Source of the DNA: Prasinococcaceae sp. CCMP 1430
Lineage: Eukaryota > Plantae > Prasinodermophyta
Length of the DNA stretch: 64,000 nt
Assembly: GCA_013416795.1 (NCBI GenBank)
Contig: RQSC01000027.1
Span: 333,911-397,910 of the forward strand
Reading direction: 5' to 3'
Shown: positions 45,501 to 56,747 of the stretch, piece by piece
Position numbering within the stretch: the first letter of the stretch is position 1
Layout: each line of letters starts with the position of its first letter
Made by a program: the position numbers and the translations under genes
The notes under the pieces: model-generated
The model's input: the letters and a program-made list of their open reading frames with translations, nothing else
The model's database searches: none
Told to the model about the DNA's origin: nothing

Positions 45501-46475
45501 CTCACGAAATACGCTGGCCATTTGCTGAGCCAAGAGCGCATCATGGACGCGATCGAGCTGTACCGCCAGTCGCAAAGACACATGGAGAGCGCGCGCCTTT
45601 TGCAGGGCCTGGCCAAGGAGGCCACAGAGCGAGGGGCGGCCCCTCTGCGCTGCAAGAAGCTGTACGTGCTGTCGGCGCTAGAGATCGAGGCCTTTCGACA
45701 GCGCACGGTGGGGGCGGCAATGGCCGACGCGACGATGGGGGTGGCCACGCGAGCGCCCGCCGCCACTGCGGCGGCAGCCACGCTGGACGGGCTCATGCAG
45801 CACGAGGCTGCGACGTCGGACGGTGACGTGGCCACGCGGGGGGCCTGGCGCGGTGCGGAAGCGTACCACTTGTGGCTCCTGGCCCATCGGCAACTCTACG
45901 CCGGCGACCCAGAGTCGGCCCTACAGACAGCGTCGCATCTCGCCAACTACGAGGACATCCTCCCGCCGCGCGACCTGTGGTCATTCACCGCCCTGGCGGC
46001 CATCACCTGCAAGCACTTTGGCTCGGCGAGCCGCGCCTTCATCAAGCTCGAGAGCTTGCCCGGCGAGAACGACGCCGTGCTTGAGAAAGCACGAGAGACG
46101 GCGTTGCAGATTTTCATGCGCTACCCACCGCACGATCCGCGGGGCTCGCGGCTCGGCAAGCCCGAGGTGGAGGTGCAGACCGCGGTGTGCATGGCGACGG
46201 GTCGGCCTGTGTCGATGGACGACACCATCACATGCCGCACGTGTCGCCACGTATGTATCAGACAGGAGATGGGCGGACGCGTATCGTGCCCGCTGTGCCA
46301 CGCCGACGTGCACGGCGCGCCGAGCTACATGAGCTACATGAGCAACATGAGTGGAGGCGGCGGGGGCGGGATGATGCACGCTGGTGCAGGCGTGTCGCAG
46401 ATGGACGCGGGGCTCGCCCCCATCGACGAAGGGGCGCTGTCGCCGACATTCAAGCCCATCCTTCCCGTACACTGA
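42519..46475 (+). CDS. WDR35: Intraflagellar transport protein IFT121/WDR35 (IFT-A); intron 44509-44718
   Basis: MFVYLSKKIAIPN, NLTMNQTLEGH, KLTSSDENGLIIVW, YFTNVRPDYKW, KSLRDTR..L, HPRLWR.LAE, WRGAEAYH; C-terminal zinc ribbon. Confidence 0.97.
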
Positions 46476-46674
46476 TTGTGCGCGGCTCGGCGGTGGCAAT
46501 GCGCACGCACCCGTGTAAACATCCGTACACATCTGACCGCGTTCAGTGCACCAGAATGAGTCGCTGCCGGCCGCTCGCAGCACGGAGCACGCGGGCGCAC
46601 GGGGCACCAACAACTCGGGCTTATCAAGTACCATACGTAAGAATAGATAGGAGGAGAGCAGCGCGCGCGGTCGC

Positions 46675-47094
46675 TTAGTCCTGGAGCACGCCGAGCAGGT
46701 CGCTGTCACGGAAGATGTGAAGGCTACGCGCACGGGGCCGGCGGTGTAGCGCAACGCGTGGTGCGGGAGACAGGTCAGCGCGTTGTGCCACCGATCACGG
46801 GGCGGGGGGGTGGGTGGGTGGGTGGGGGGGCGTGCGCGCAACGCACTCCTTGCCATCCAGCTTGACCTGCGTGCCGCCGTACTCGGGCAGCAGCACCGTG
46901 TCGCCCTCCTTGACGCCCATCGGCACCAGCGAGCCGTCCTGCGCGCGGCCGCCAGCGCCCACCGCGACGACCTTGCCCGAGTTCACCTTGGCAGCCGTCT
47001 CTGGCAGCAGGATGCCGCCGCCCGACTTCGCCGCCGGCGCGACCTTCTCGATGAGCACGCGGTCGAGCAGCGGCACGAGGCGCTTGAACGCCAT
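46675..47094 (-). CDS. HSP10: Mitochondrial co-chaperonin HSP10/CPN10 (GroES); exons 47094-46847 and 46723-46675
   Basis: MAFKRLVPLLDRVLIEK...GGILLPE...GKVVAVGAG...VKEGDTVLLPEYGG..VKL|D LHIFRDSDLLGVL. Confidence 0.95.
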
Positions 47095-48447
47095 GATTCG
47101 CGGCGCGGCGGCGCGGGGCCGAGGGGGGGGGGGTAGGCTGCCGCTGCTACGCCGGGCGGCGCTGCGCCGTGCGTCCCGGTCTGCGTACCGCGCCCCGAGC
47201 GCCGTGTGGCGCCCAGCAGCGCGCCGATCTCCTCCCACGGCACCGTACCCTACCCTCCCTGTGGGGCAGTGACGAGCCAAAAAAAAAAAAAGCGGCTCGC
47301 CGGCGGTGCAGCTCAGCAGGTCAGGATGCACCCACGGCCAGGCCAAAAAAAAAAAAAGTGTTCCGGAAACACTGCTCCGGTCCGCCGTCGGGCGCGCATT
47401 CGGAACATGGTAGTGCGTCTCGGCATGGTCGCTCGAGTCGACTCGGCTCGACGTGGGTGAATGGAACTCCAGTTCCGGCTGTTGCCTGCCGGCAGAGCCC
47501 AAAAACGAACACTGAGGTGCCGGGCTCCGCCCGGCGCGCGTGCCCGGCACACGGCGCGCACGTAGCGTTGCGCGGGCAGACCTCGTCGGGGACGGGCCGG
47601 GGGGGGGAGGGGGAGGAGGCCCGGGGGCGCGCGCGCCGCGCGCGCGCTGTGGCGCATCCGTTTTTTTATCCCCTTTTTTTAATCGCCCAAACAAAAAAAC
47701 TCGATGAGTATCCCGGTCAAAAATCCGAGGACCTCGCAAAAGCCGTGCCCGCAGGCACCCACCGCACCCGGCGGTACGCCCGCCTGGCGAGGGACGCGAC
47801 TTTTATGAACGCCCGCGTTCGTACGCAGGGAGACGCACAAAAGGATGGCCTCCAAAATGCATTGATTTTGATGGACGCAGAGTGTCGCCCAAAGCGCACA
47901 GTGCATCCGTCTTCAATCTCACCCACGGGAGACTTTTACACGCGTTTGGGAAAAGTACGTCAAAATGCATCGCCTCGCGCAGCTCCGAAAAGGCACGGCG
48001 CCGAGCACCCCAGGCGAAGGCCTGAGCGACACCGAAACTGTGTTCGATTAATAGGGTCTACATGTAATATTACAATGAATTACAAATGAGAAATAATGGA
48101 ATTTACCCTAAATAAGGCCTGCTGCGCATCGCGGGTGCCGGGCCCGCGTTCGAACGGTTCCCCGAGCAGCCGCGGCGGCGGGCGGCACACCGGCCGCGCG
48201 CCCCAGCCAGCCCCAGAGGGGTGGGTGAGGCGGAAGGCGGAGGCGGGGGTCCCTCCTCCCTCCCGCTTCGCCCGGCGGCGGCCGCTCGGGCGCGCGGGCG
48301 GCGCCGGCGCCGGCGCTGCCACGGCCGGCGCCGCGCCGCGCGAGGCCGCGCGCGGGCGGCAGGGACAGAGTTCCGCCTGGGCAGAGGTTCCAGCGAATTG
48401 GGGTGCACGCGCCTGTGCCCCCGCCCCCGCCGCCTTCCCCGCCAATC

Positions 48448-49077
48448 ATGCTCATGTCAGGCGCGCTCTATGGCGTCATGGTGGTAGCCGGCGCTGGCGG
48501 GGCTAAGGTGCTCGGCGTGCCCGTGCACGTGAGCGTGACCGCCGAGGCGCTCGCGCAGGGCGTCGTTTGGGCGGTCCCGATGGTGGCGCTGATGCTCGCG
48601 GTATCGTCCGAGCGAGCGCAGCGGATGTACAAGCCCCTGCGCGCGACGATAGACTTTTGTGTCACATCTATCGTCCCAACAATAGGCGGCGTGTCCGTGC
48701 GCGGCCTCGCATTCCTCTCGGCGTGTGCTGGCATCGGCGAGGAGATGTTCTTCCGAGGGCTCGGGCAGGGCGCGCTCGCTGCAGCACTCGCAGGTGCTGC
48801 GTGGTGCGCGCACCCGCAGGCGACGGCGATTGCTGTCGTTTCCCTCATCTTCGGTTTGCTTCACGCCGCGACGCCCGCGTACGGTGTGCTCGCAACACTC
48901 GCCGGTGCTTACCTGGGCTTCCAGTACGTCTGGTGTGACAATCTGCTCGCGCCGGTGCTCAGCCACGCGCTCTACGACTTTGCCGCCTTCCTCAAGCTTC
49001 GAGACAACGCTGCGCGCAGGTTGGAGACAGCAGGAGGGATCGCCGGCGACACGGCGGTCCCATCACGTGCGGATTGA
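48448..49077 (+). CDS. CPBP (CAAX protease/Abi) family intramembrane metalloprotease; real start may be upstream (targeting peptide)
   Basis: GIGEEMFFRG, IFGLLH, HALYD motifs; several TM helices. Confidence 0.85.
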   Translation: MLMSGALYGVMVVAGAGGAKVLGVPVHVSVTAEALAQGVVWAVPMVALMLAVSSERAQRMYKPLRATIDFCVTSIVPTIGGVSVRGLAFLSACAGIGEEMFFRGLGQGALAAALAGAAWCAHPQATAIAVVSLIFGLLHAATPAYGVLATLAGAYLGFQYVWCDNLLAPVLSHALYDFAAFLKLRDNAARRLETAGGIAGDTAVPSRAD

Positions 49078-49404
49078 GCTCCTTGCCGCACTAAGGCTGT
49101 AGCGTAGCCCGCGAAACCGTCTTGGACGTGTTGCTCGCCAGTCGCAGCACGCTAGCGTGTGCCCATGATCGGGACATCGAGCTCGCTCGCCGACTGGCGC
49201 GAGAGTCCGTGTTGTACAGTACTATAATTTGTATGCATCTTCACTCCTCCTCGCGAGGTCGCCGCCAATCGCGCCGCGCAGAGGTCTGGTGCGCGCGCGC
49301 GCGCGCACAAGGCTATCAGAACCACCCCTCATCCCCCACCCCCCCACAAAGAAAAACGTCTCTGAAACCAACCCGCTTGTGTGCGCACGGGCGCGCACAT
49401 CTCT

Positions 49405-52400
49405 TCAAGAGTCTGCAGCGTCTTCTGCATTCGGCGACCCAGCCTTGTCACTAGCCCCGCCCGCATCAGGGCCATCGTCACGTCTCTTTGATGATGACGT
49501 TGGCCACCCGCCCAGAATCGTACTCACGCGCTCGAGCGCAGCATCTTCTGCATTCAGCGACCCAGCCTTGTCACTAGCCCCGCCCGTGTCAGGGCCATCT
49601 TCACGTCTCTTTGACGACGACGTTGACCACCCGGCCAGCATCCCCAACTTCACGCGCGTGAGCGCGCTCCGGTAGCGAGCGCGAACCTCGTCGTTTGTGC
49701 CTGAAGTCTCTTCAGAACTCCGCGATGCAGCCTTGCTCTCCTGCTCCGCGACGCGGCGCATCTCCCCTGACTCGCCCTCGTCATCAAGCAGCGAGTCCAG
49801 GTTCTCGCAGCAAGGGGCGTATTCAATTGTCCGGCTGTCCTGGCGGTAGTATAACCCAAGCACAGCGAAGAGGCGCCACATTGCCGCCTGCAGGATCAAG
49901 ATTAGTATTGCCATGTGCTGGTTATTCAGCGCCCACGTGAACGGCGGCTCTTTGCTGGCCAGCGCCCCTATGGCGATGTCGCCATCCAGCAGGCCGCATG
50001 TTGTAGCGAAGACGGTGCCGTCCGAGTCACCGTCAGCGCATTCGAAGGTCTCCCCGGTGAAAAGATTGCCGAGCGCGAGGTAGCGACTGTACGACATGGG
50101 CGTCACCAGGCCGATCCAACGGTACGCCACGTGCAGGTCTTTCCACGGCAGGACGGCGCCTGAAACCACCGCGCTCGACAGGGCGATCAGCGCTGACAGC
50201 ATGGACTTGGGCGTAGAGTCGTTTGCTAAGCACGCGATGGTCACGATCGCCCCAGCCATCACGGCATCCAGCAGGACTGCGCTGAGAAGGAGCACAGGCG
50301 CGCTCCGCATTGGCAGATCCAGCATCCCAATGAGCGTGAACGCAGCGATGCCGATGCCCAGCCAAGCGCGCGTGGTCTGCGCCACCATGAGGCTAACCAT
50401 GAACTGTACGGCCGACTCGCCGCCGTCGCGCTGCGAAGCCTTGTGAATAGTCGCGTACTGATACGTTGTCTCCATCAGCACGACCTTGCTCAGCGCAACC
50501 GCGGTGAGGTAAAAGGTCACGCCGACGTACTTGCGCACGTAGCCTTGCGCGTCGCGGCCCGGCATGTAGTAGGTGAGACCTCCGAACAAGGCGCCCACCA
50601 CAATCACGAATGCAATAGACGCGAGGTTCTGCGTGCAAGGCGTAAGGGGTGCAGGCGCTGTGTCAGTCTTGCTGTCGCCCCCAAAGTGATCAAACTCCTC
50701 CCGTGGCACGCCAAGCGCAGTTTTTGTGCGGGGGCCGAAGCAGGCGGCAGCGGCGCGGCGGCCGTCGGACCTCCCGAGGCCTCTTGATATCAGTGCGGAA
50801 CTGGCGCCCGTGCAACGTCAGCGCGACCTTAATCCAGCGTCGCGTTGCGCTTTGCTTCAACCGGTCGGCCTCCTCGCTCCAGTCCTCCTCCTCGCCGATC
50901 ATGGCCGCGTTGGTGCGGTCGACGACCTGCATCGATGCGGCCCCAAATATTCCCTTTACAGACGATATCATCCTCAGGATGCGCCTGCCGCTCATCTCAG
51001 CCAGAATTTCGGACCCCAGGCTGCTCAGGCCGCTGGTGGTGCGATCGAGGCCGGCGACGCGGGTGCTGCCAGAGCGCGCGTACGCGACGGCGCGCTTCAC
51101 CAGCGGCAGCAGGGCCACGTTGGCGACATCTTGCGTGGTCGCATCCGGCTCCGTCGCCTGAGCCCCCTGCTTCTCAGCCATCTCAATCAGCGACTCGTCA
51201 GACGCTAGCTTCTTCAGCGCGCCGTCCAGCACCACAAGCGCTGTCCGCCGCTGCCGGGACGCGTTCTTCTCGACGACTTTGTCTACAGTGTCGTCGTCCA
51301 TACTTATGAGGTCCAACATGACGTCCGCTGGGTTGCCTAAGACGGGCTCGGGCATGAACGCGCGCGCGAGGCCATTGCGGCCCATGAAGTAGTCGACAGC
51401 GTCGGTGACCGGACCAGCGAAGACCACGCGACCCTTGCTCATGAGCACTAGGTCGTCAAAGAACCGGAAGACTTCGTCCCTTGGCTGATGGATCGTGAGC
51501 GCGATGGCTCGACCCTGTGTCGTGATGTCACGCAGGCTCTGAACGAGCTCCAGCGTGCCGTACGAATCCAGACCTGAGGTTGGCTCGTCGCCGAAGATCC
51601 ACAGCGGGTCGCGCAGAAGCTGCTTGCCGACGCTGAGTCGGCGCCGCTGGCCGCCGCTCAGGCCGCCGCCGCCGCCGACCGTGCCGATCTGCGTGTCGGC
51701 CTTGTCGCCATCGAGCTTCACCGCGCGCAGCACGTGGCGCACTCGCCGCACGGTAGCCTTCGTGCCCAGGTGCGGCAGCCGCACGCCCACCTCGTAGAGC
51801 AGCGCCTCGCGCGGCGTGAGCGTCGGGTACGCCTCGAACTCGAATTGCGGCACGTAGCCGCAGCTTTCGTTGAGCCCCGCGTCGGTGGCGTCGCTAGCCT
51901 GCAAGTGATTGCGCAGCAGCAGCCCTTCGACGCGCCCGCTGAGGCGCCGCCCGACCATCAGCTCAAGGAGCGTCGTCTTGCCACAGCCGCTGGAGCCCAT
52001 GACGGCCGTCAGCCGAGCGCCCGCGAAGCGCAGTGACACGTTGCGTAGCAGCGGGAGCCATTCGCCCGTGTTCCAGTTGGTCACGCTGTACGACACGCAG
52101 CACAGCTCGATGGGGAAGGGCACTTCTGTGGCCAGCAAGCTCCCCTTCTTCCTAATCTTCGGCGGCGGGGGCGAGGCGCCCTCGCTGCTCGCCGATGCGA
52201 CAGGGTTTCTCGTCGATGACGCGTCCGCTGTCTTGCGCGTCTGCTTGCCCGTCAAACTGGCCCAGCGCTTGGTGCGCACGAAGCTGAGCGCCATCGAGAA
52301 GATGTCGCTCACAAACAGGCCCATCAGCAGTAGCGCCAGCAGCATCACCGCGAGGGCCTTTCCGAGGCTGTCAGGTGGGCCCAGGTCGAGCGGCGGCAGA

Positions 52401-54100
52401 TCGGCGGGCAGCAGTCGGAAGGCAGCCTCGCAGGTCGGGTTGCAGTTGATTCCGGTGCAGGTGTCGGCGATTAGGCGCATGCCCTGCGGGGTGGTGACGC
52501 CGGGCTGGTGCGACCCCCGTTCCAGCAGCTCAGCGGCGTCGGTCTGCACCCACGCACCGAGGAGCTCAAGCACGCTCCGGTTGTGAACGCGCAGGCCCTC
52601 GAGCGCGCGCAGAGGGTCCTCCATCGCCCAGGGGAAGTCAACGCCGGCAAGCTCGTAGTCCATGAAGCTCCAATCGGGCATCCCGGTCGACTCGAAGTAC
52701 GGGATAGAGCGCACCAGCCAGCGCTCATCGTGGTACGACGCACCGTGGAAGAGGCACGCGGGCACCACCGCTGTGTGGCGCGCGGTGCGCACGTCGTAAG
52801 AGGTCGCCTCCACAGAGGCGCGCGAGAGAGCGCCAAACTCCTCCATCCACCGATACAACATGAGGTTGTCGAGCAGCGTCGTGTCGGCCGCGTCACGCTC
52901 GGGCAGCAGACCCACGGCCGGGATGAAGACGTACATGTCGTACGCCGGCTGGAGCAGCCATGTGGGCGCCTGGATGTGCGGCAGAGTGCGCCTCACGGGC
53001 GCGCACCACGCCGCCACCTCGGCGGCGACAAGCTGCGCGTCGGCAGCTCCGTAGTCAGCGACGTCATCTATGCCCAGCATCCGCCGAGCCTCTTCCGCGC
53101 ACGCACTTGGCGCCTGCACGCCCCACTCGAGCGCGTTGCGCACTGAGTTGGCTTGCTCGCGCGCGAGCCCGCCACCGCGGTAGTCCACAGCGGGGACGTT
53201 CGCGCCAGTCGACTCGTCTTCCTCGAGCGGAGGCGTGGGCGCCAGCCACGCAGAGTCGAGCGCCAGGCGCAGGTCCACCGCCGGGCCGAGCGCCTCACGC
53301 CACGCCTCGGCGTGGTGCGCCGCACCCACGCCGCCCGCGCTGACCCCCCAAAGTACCACCTGCGCAGCTGAACCCATGCCGTGGTGCTGCACCAGCTCCT
53401 CAAGCGCGGCCTCCATCACGTGCGCGCCGCAGTAGCCCGAGGTGGTGGGGGCGGGGTTGCCGTCGACGAAGCCGAGCGCCGCGTCGGTGGCCGCGCCCGT
53501 TGCGTTGCCGCAACGCCGGCCCAAGTGCATATCGGAAGTGCAGTATGGGATGTGAACGCGACGCCACGCTCCGCCGGCGAACGGGGAGCTGGCGTCGGAT
53601 GCGTCGCCGGTGGGCTGGCCAAGCAGCGGGCCGCCCACGTTCAGGCTCTCGGGCCAGTTGCCGCCGGCGGCGGCGCCCACTTTGTTGCCGTCGCCCTCCG
53701 CGGGGAGTCCTTGCATAAGGGGGTTGTAGCCGCCGCCCGGATCGTAACCTGGCCGGGCCCACCGATGGAGCCGTTCCTCGCAGCCCTCCGCGTCAAAGCA
53801 CGCTGAGCCGCCCTCGACATACACCACAAACGACAGAGGCGAAGCATCAGCGGCGGCGGCGGCGGCGCCAGCGGCAACCCGATCCGCGTCGGTGTAGATC
53901 GCTGCGGGCCGACCATCGTTGCACCTTGCGAGCGGATGCTGCTCTAGCGAGACACGCCGGAGCGCATGGCTTGCCCATGTCGGAGGTGCGGACGCATCCC
54001 ACGGGCCCGGCCCAGTGGTGCGGTGAGAGGAGACGAGCAGAGGCGCCCATGCAAGGAGGAGGACCGCTGCCGGCCACGGGGCCTGAACGGCCGGGCGCAT
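49405..54100 (-). CDS. Signal peptide + Notum/pectin-acetylesterase domain + TM + ABCG half-transporter (NBD-TMD); intron 50770-50629
   Basis: CNDGRPA, YVEGGSACFD, HIPYCTSDMHLG, GVSAGG, QPAYD, CLFHG; TM LGKALAVMLLALLLMGLFV; Walker A GSSGCGKT, LSGGQRRR, DEPTSGLD, TIHQP; ABC2 TMD after the intron. Confidence 0.88.
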
Positions 54101-55021
54101 GGCGCAACTGCGTGCTGGACACCAACCGCAGGGGCGAGGCGCGTGCCGCGCCCCTCGCCCGCGAGCACGCAGCGAGCCCCTCGCCCCCAACGCCGGCCCT
54201 GGCGCGCCGCGCGCGCGAGCGCCCTGTGGCAACCAACCCAAATGACGCGGCGCGGGCGCGCGGCGAGCGGGCGCAGCGGCGCGCGCGCGGCCCCATCGAG
54301 CACCAAATCCCCCTAAACACACACAACGCGCGCGCGCAGTCGCGCGCGCGCGCGCGCGCGGCCCCGTTTTTTTTTCGCGGCGGCTTTCGCGCGGCGGCGA
54401 TACCAATCCGCCCCGGCGAGAAACGCCGGCGGCGCGGATTGGTATCGAAAAGGGGGCGGGGCGGCCCGGCGCCGGAGCGGCAAAACAAAAAAACGGGAAG
54501 AATTTCGGCGCGGGCGGGAGAGAAACGAGGGATGAAACGCAGGGAAAGGAGCGGATCGGGATCGCGGTCGGCAGCGCGCACACGCAAACAAACGCTGTCT
54601 TTTTTGTGGGTGGTTGGGTGGGCGGTTGAGGCCGGCGTTGCGCGCCGTTCGCGCGAAAAAAAAAAATGGGGCGTGCCTACAGATATTCCCCAGCCAGTCG
54701 AGCCCCTCCTCCCACGTCCACCACCCTCAAAAAAAAAAAAAACCTCCGCTTCGACTTTCCTCTTTACGTAGGGTTTGGCGCGGCTCGCCGGGGCCGCGCG
54801 CGCGCCGGCGGTTGGGCGCGCTGCGTCGACCGCGACGCAATCGCGTTCCGTCCCGGCGGTTGGGCGCTTGCATTCGGATTTCGAGTCAAATCGCTGCGAA
54901 TCAACGGGACGTCCAACAAATCATCCGCCATGACCGTTGTTTTCGGTTCCCCAACGGCAGAAAGATCTCCTCCTCAGCCACAGATACGCTACGTCTCCCG
55001 CTGCGTGGATCATTCAAAAAG

Positions 55022-55327
55022 ATGGTTGTGCGTGAGATTGTGTATTGCTGGAAGCAGTTCCCGGTGCTGGACGGCCCGACATACCAGCTGGACGGCAAGA
55101 CCAAAATCGTCGACGCCACGCAGCTGGCGGCGAATGACCTGCGGAGCGGCCTCCTCACGGTCAGAACCATCGTCGACCAGCTCTTCCTGATCTTCGCACA
55201 CGCGATTCCGTTCGGCAAGACTGTGTGGCTGCTGTACTTCAGCAAGGCGTGCAAGGACGTCTCGGGCGTGCGCGTGTCGGTGCACAGCTGGATCGACTTG
55301 CAACCGAAAGCGAACGAACTCGTCTGA
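55022..55327 (+). CDS. Hypothetical 101-aa protein (may have an upstream exon)
   Basis: Strong G/C third-position bias on the + strand; MVVREIVYCWKQFPVLDGPTYQLDG...; no recognised family. Confidence 0.55.
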   Translation: MVVREIVYCWKQFPVLDGPTYQLDGKTKIVDATQLAANDLRSGLLTVRTIVDQLFLIFAHAIPFGKTVWLLYFSKACKDVSGVRVSVHSWIDLQPKANELV

Positions 55328-55427
55328 GATGCAAAATTTGTGACGAATCGACCCGCTTGTGTACGCGCGTGTGTACACACGCGTGTACGTGTAGACTTGC
55401 CTCGCGCCTTTCTCTGCTGAGCCTTCT

Positions 55428-56460
55428 TCAGAAGCGAATCTGCCTGAATGCCATCCGGCAGACCTCTCTCCAGAGATGCCAGACGACCGCGTGTATGCAC
55501 GATCGAATGCACGTCCTCTCGATGAGCTCCATGCGTGCTTTCTTTTTGTCGATTTTCTGCGTGGACAGCTTCTGGAGCACCGGATGTTGCTTGCCTGGAT
55601 GGTCGTCGTCGCGACCGATCAACTCGTCGCGCCTCATGAGCAAAAGCTATGCCGTGGGGCGCAGTCAGCCGGGGAAGAAATCGCCGCGCGCGTGAGGGGT
55701 TAGCGAATGCCTCCCAAGAGAGATTCACTTTGGGTGTGCAAGGCGTGGGGCAAGCGCGAACCCGGAGGGCGGCCTTTGATACCTTGGCTTCACGGAAGCT
55801 CAGACCGAGATCGTCTGCGTCGTCCTGGCCCAGCGCGACGAGGAGTGGGCCGTCGATGTTCTCGCGCGCGAATGCAGCGCGCACGTTCTGCCCACCTCCG
55901 CTGCGCGGGCCCAGGGTGCTCACCCACGCAAGTGCCTCCCTCTCCCCCCATCGCTGCATCGGGATTGCGTACCACTCAGCCTCGTCGTGCTCGGCGCTCG
56001 CGCAATCTTCGTGATCGTACGTTGGCGGGACGACAAGCTGCGGCGGCGCCGTTGCCACAGGGATGGCATGGAGCGGGACCTGGCTGATACTACCTCCTCC
56101 GTCACTGTGCGAGCTGTCGGCCGGATCACCAGCATCGCGGGTCTCATCTTGTTCGCGCCTGAGTGCGGCGAGCAGCTTCTTCGCCTGCACTCGCGAGAAG
56201 CCAATGTCGCGCAGGTCCGCAGCATCGAGCTCGCGCAACGTTGCGCCGTCAACAGCCTCCGAGACGAGGCGTTCGGCAGCAGGCTCCGCGTTGAGTGCGG
56301 CCCCGGCCGGCAGCACCTCAAGCACCCACGCGGCGACATCTGAGGGCGATGCGGCAGGCGCGGGCGGTGGCGGGGCGTTCGCCCTCCTCTGCGCCCCCTT
56401 CTTCTCCTGCTGCTTGCGCTTCCTGCGTTTCTTCTGCCGTGCGCCTGCCTCGCCGCCCAT
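55428..56460 (-). CDS. Tandem SAM-domain protein; intron 55782-55647; 3' end uncertain
   Basis: DVAAWV...EAVDGATLRELDAADLRDIG and WGEREALAWV...FARENIDGPLLVALGQDDADDLGL..REAK|LLLMRRDEL. Confidence 0.75.
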
Positions 56461-56747
56461 CGCAACGCTGCGAGGGTGGGCTTGGCCACGTGGTGGCAGG
56501 CGTGACGGGAGGTGCGCGCGGGAATGGTCGGCGCCGCGCGCCGCGCTCGCCTGCAGTGGCGCGCGCGCTTACCCTAGCCGTGCTTGCGCATCCGCGCACA
56601 ACAGCCAGCCAACACTCGCGGGCAGTCACAACGGCAAAAATCTGCCGTTGGGGCACCGCGTCGATGACTCAGCGCGAGCGGGTGCGACGCGGCTGCGGGC
56701 GCGGGGGCGCCACACCTGCGCGGCGGCGCGGCGGCGTGGGTCGCGGT

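Noticed and set aside
47770-47800. CCGCCTGGCGAGG match to the MITE arm
   Set aside because: Only 13 GC-rich bases, with no termini or TA duplication; could be chance.
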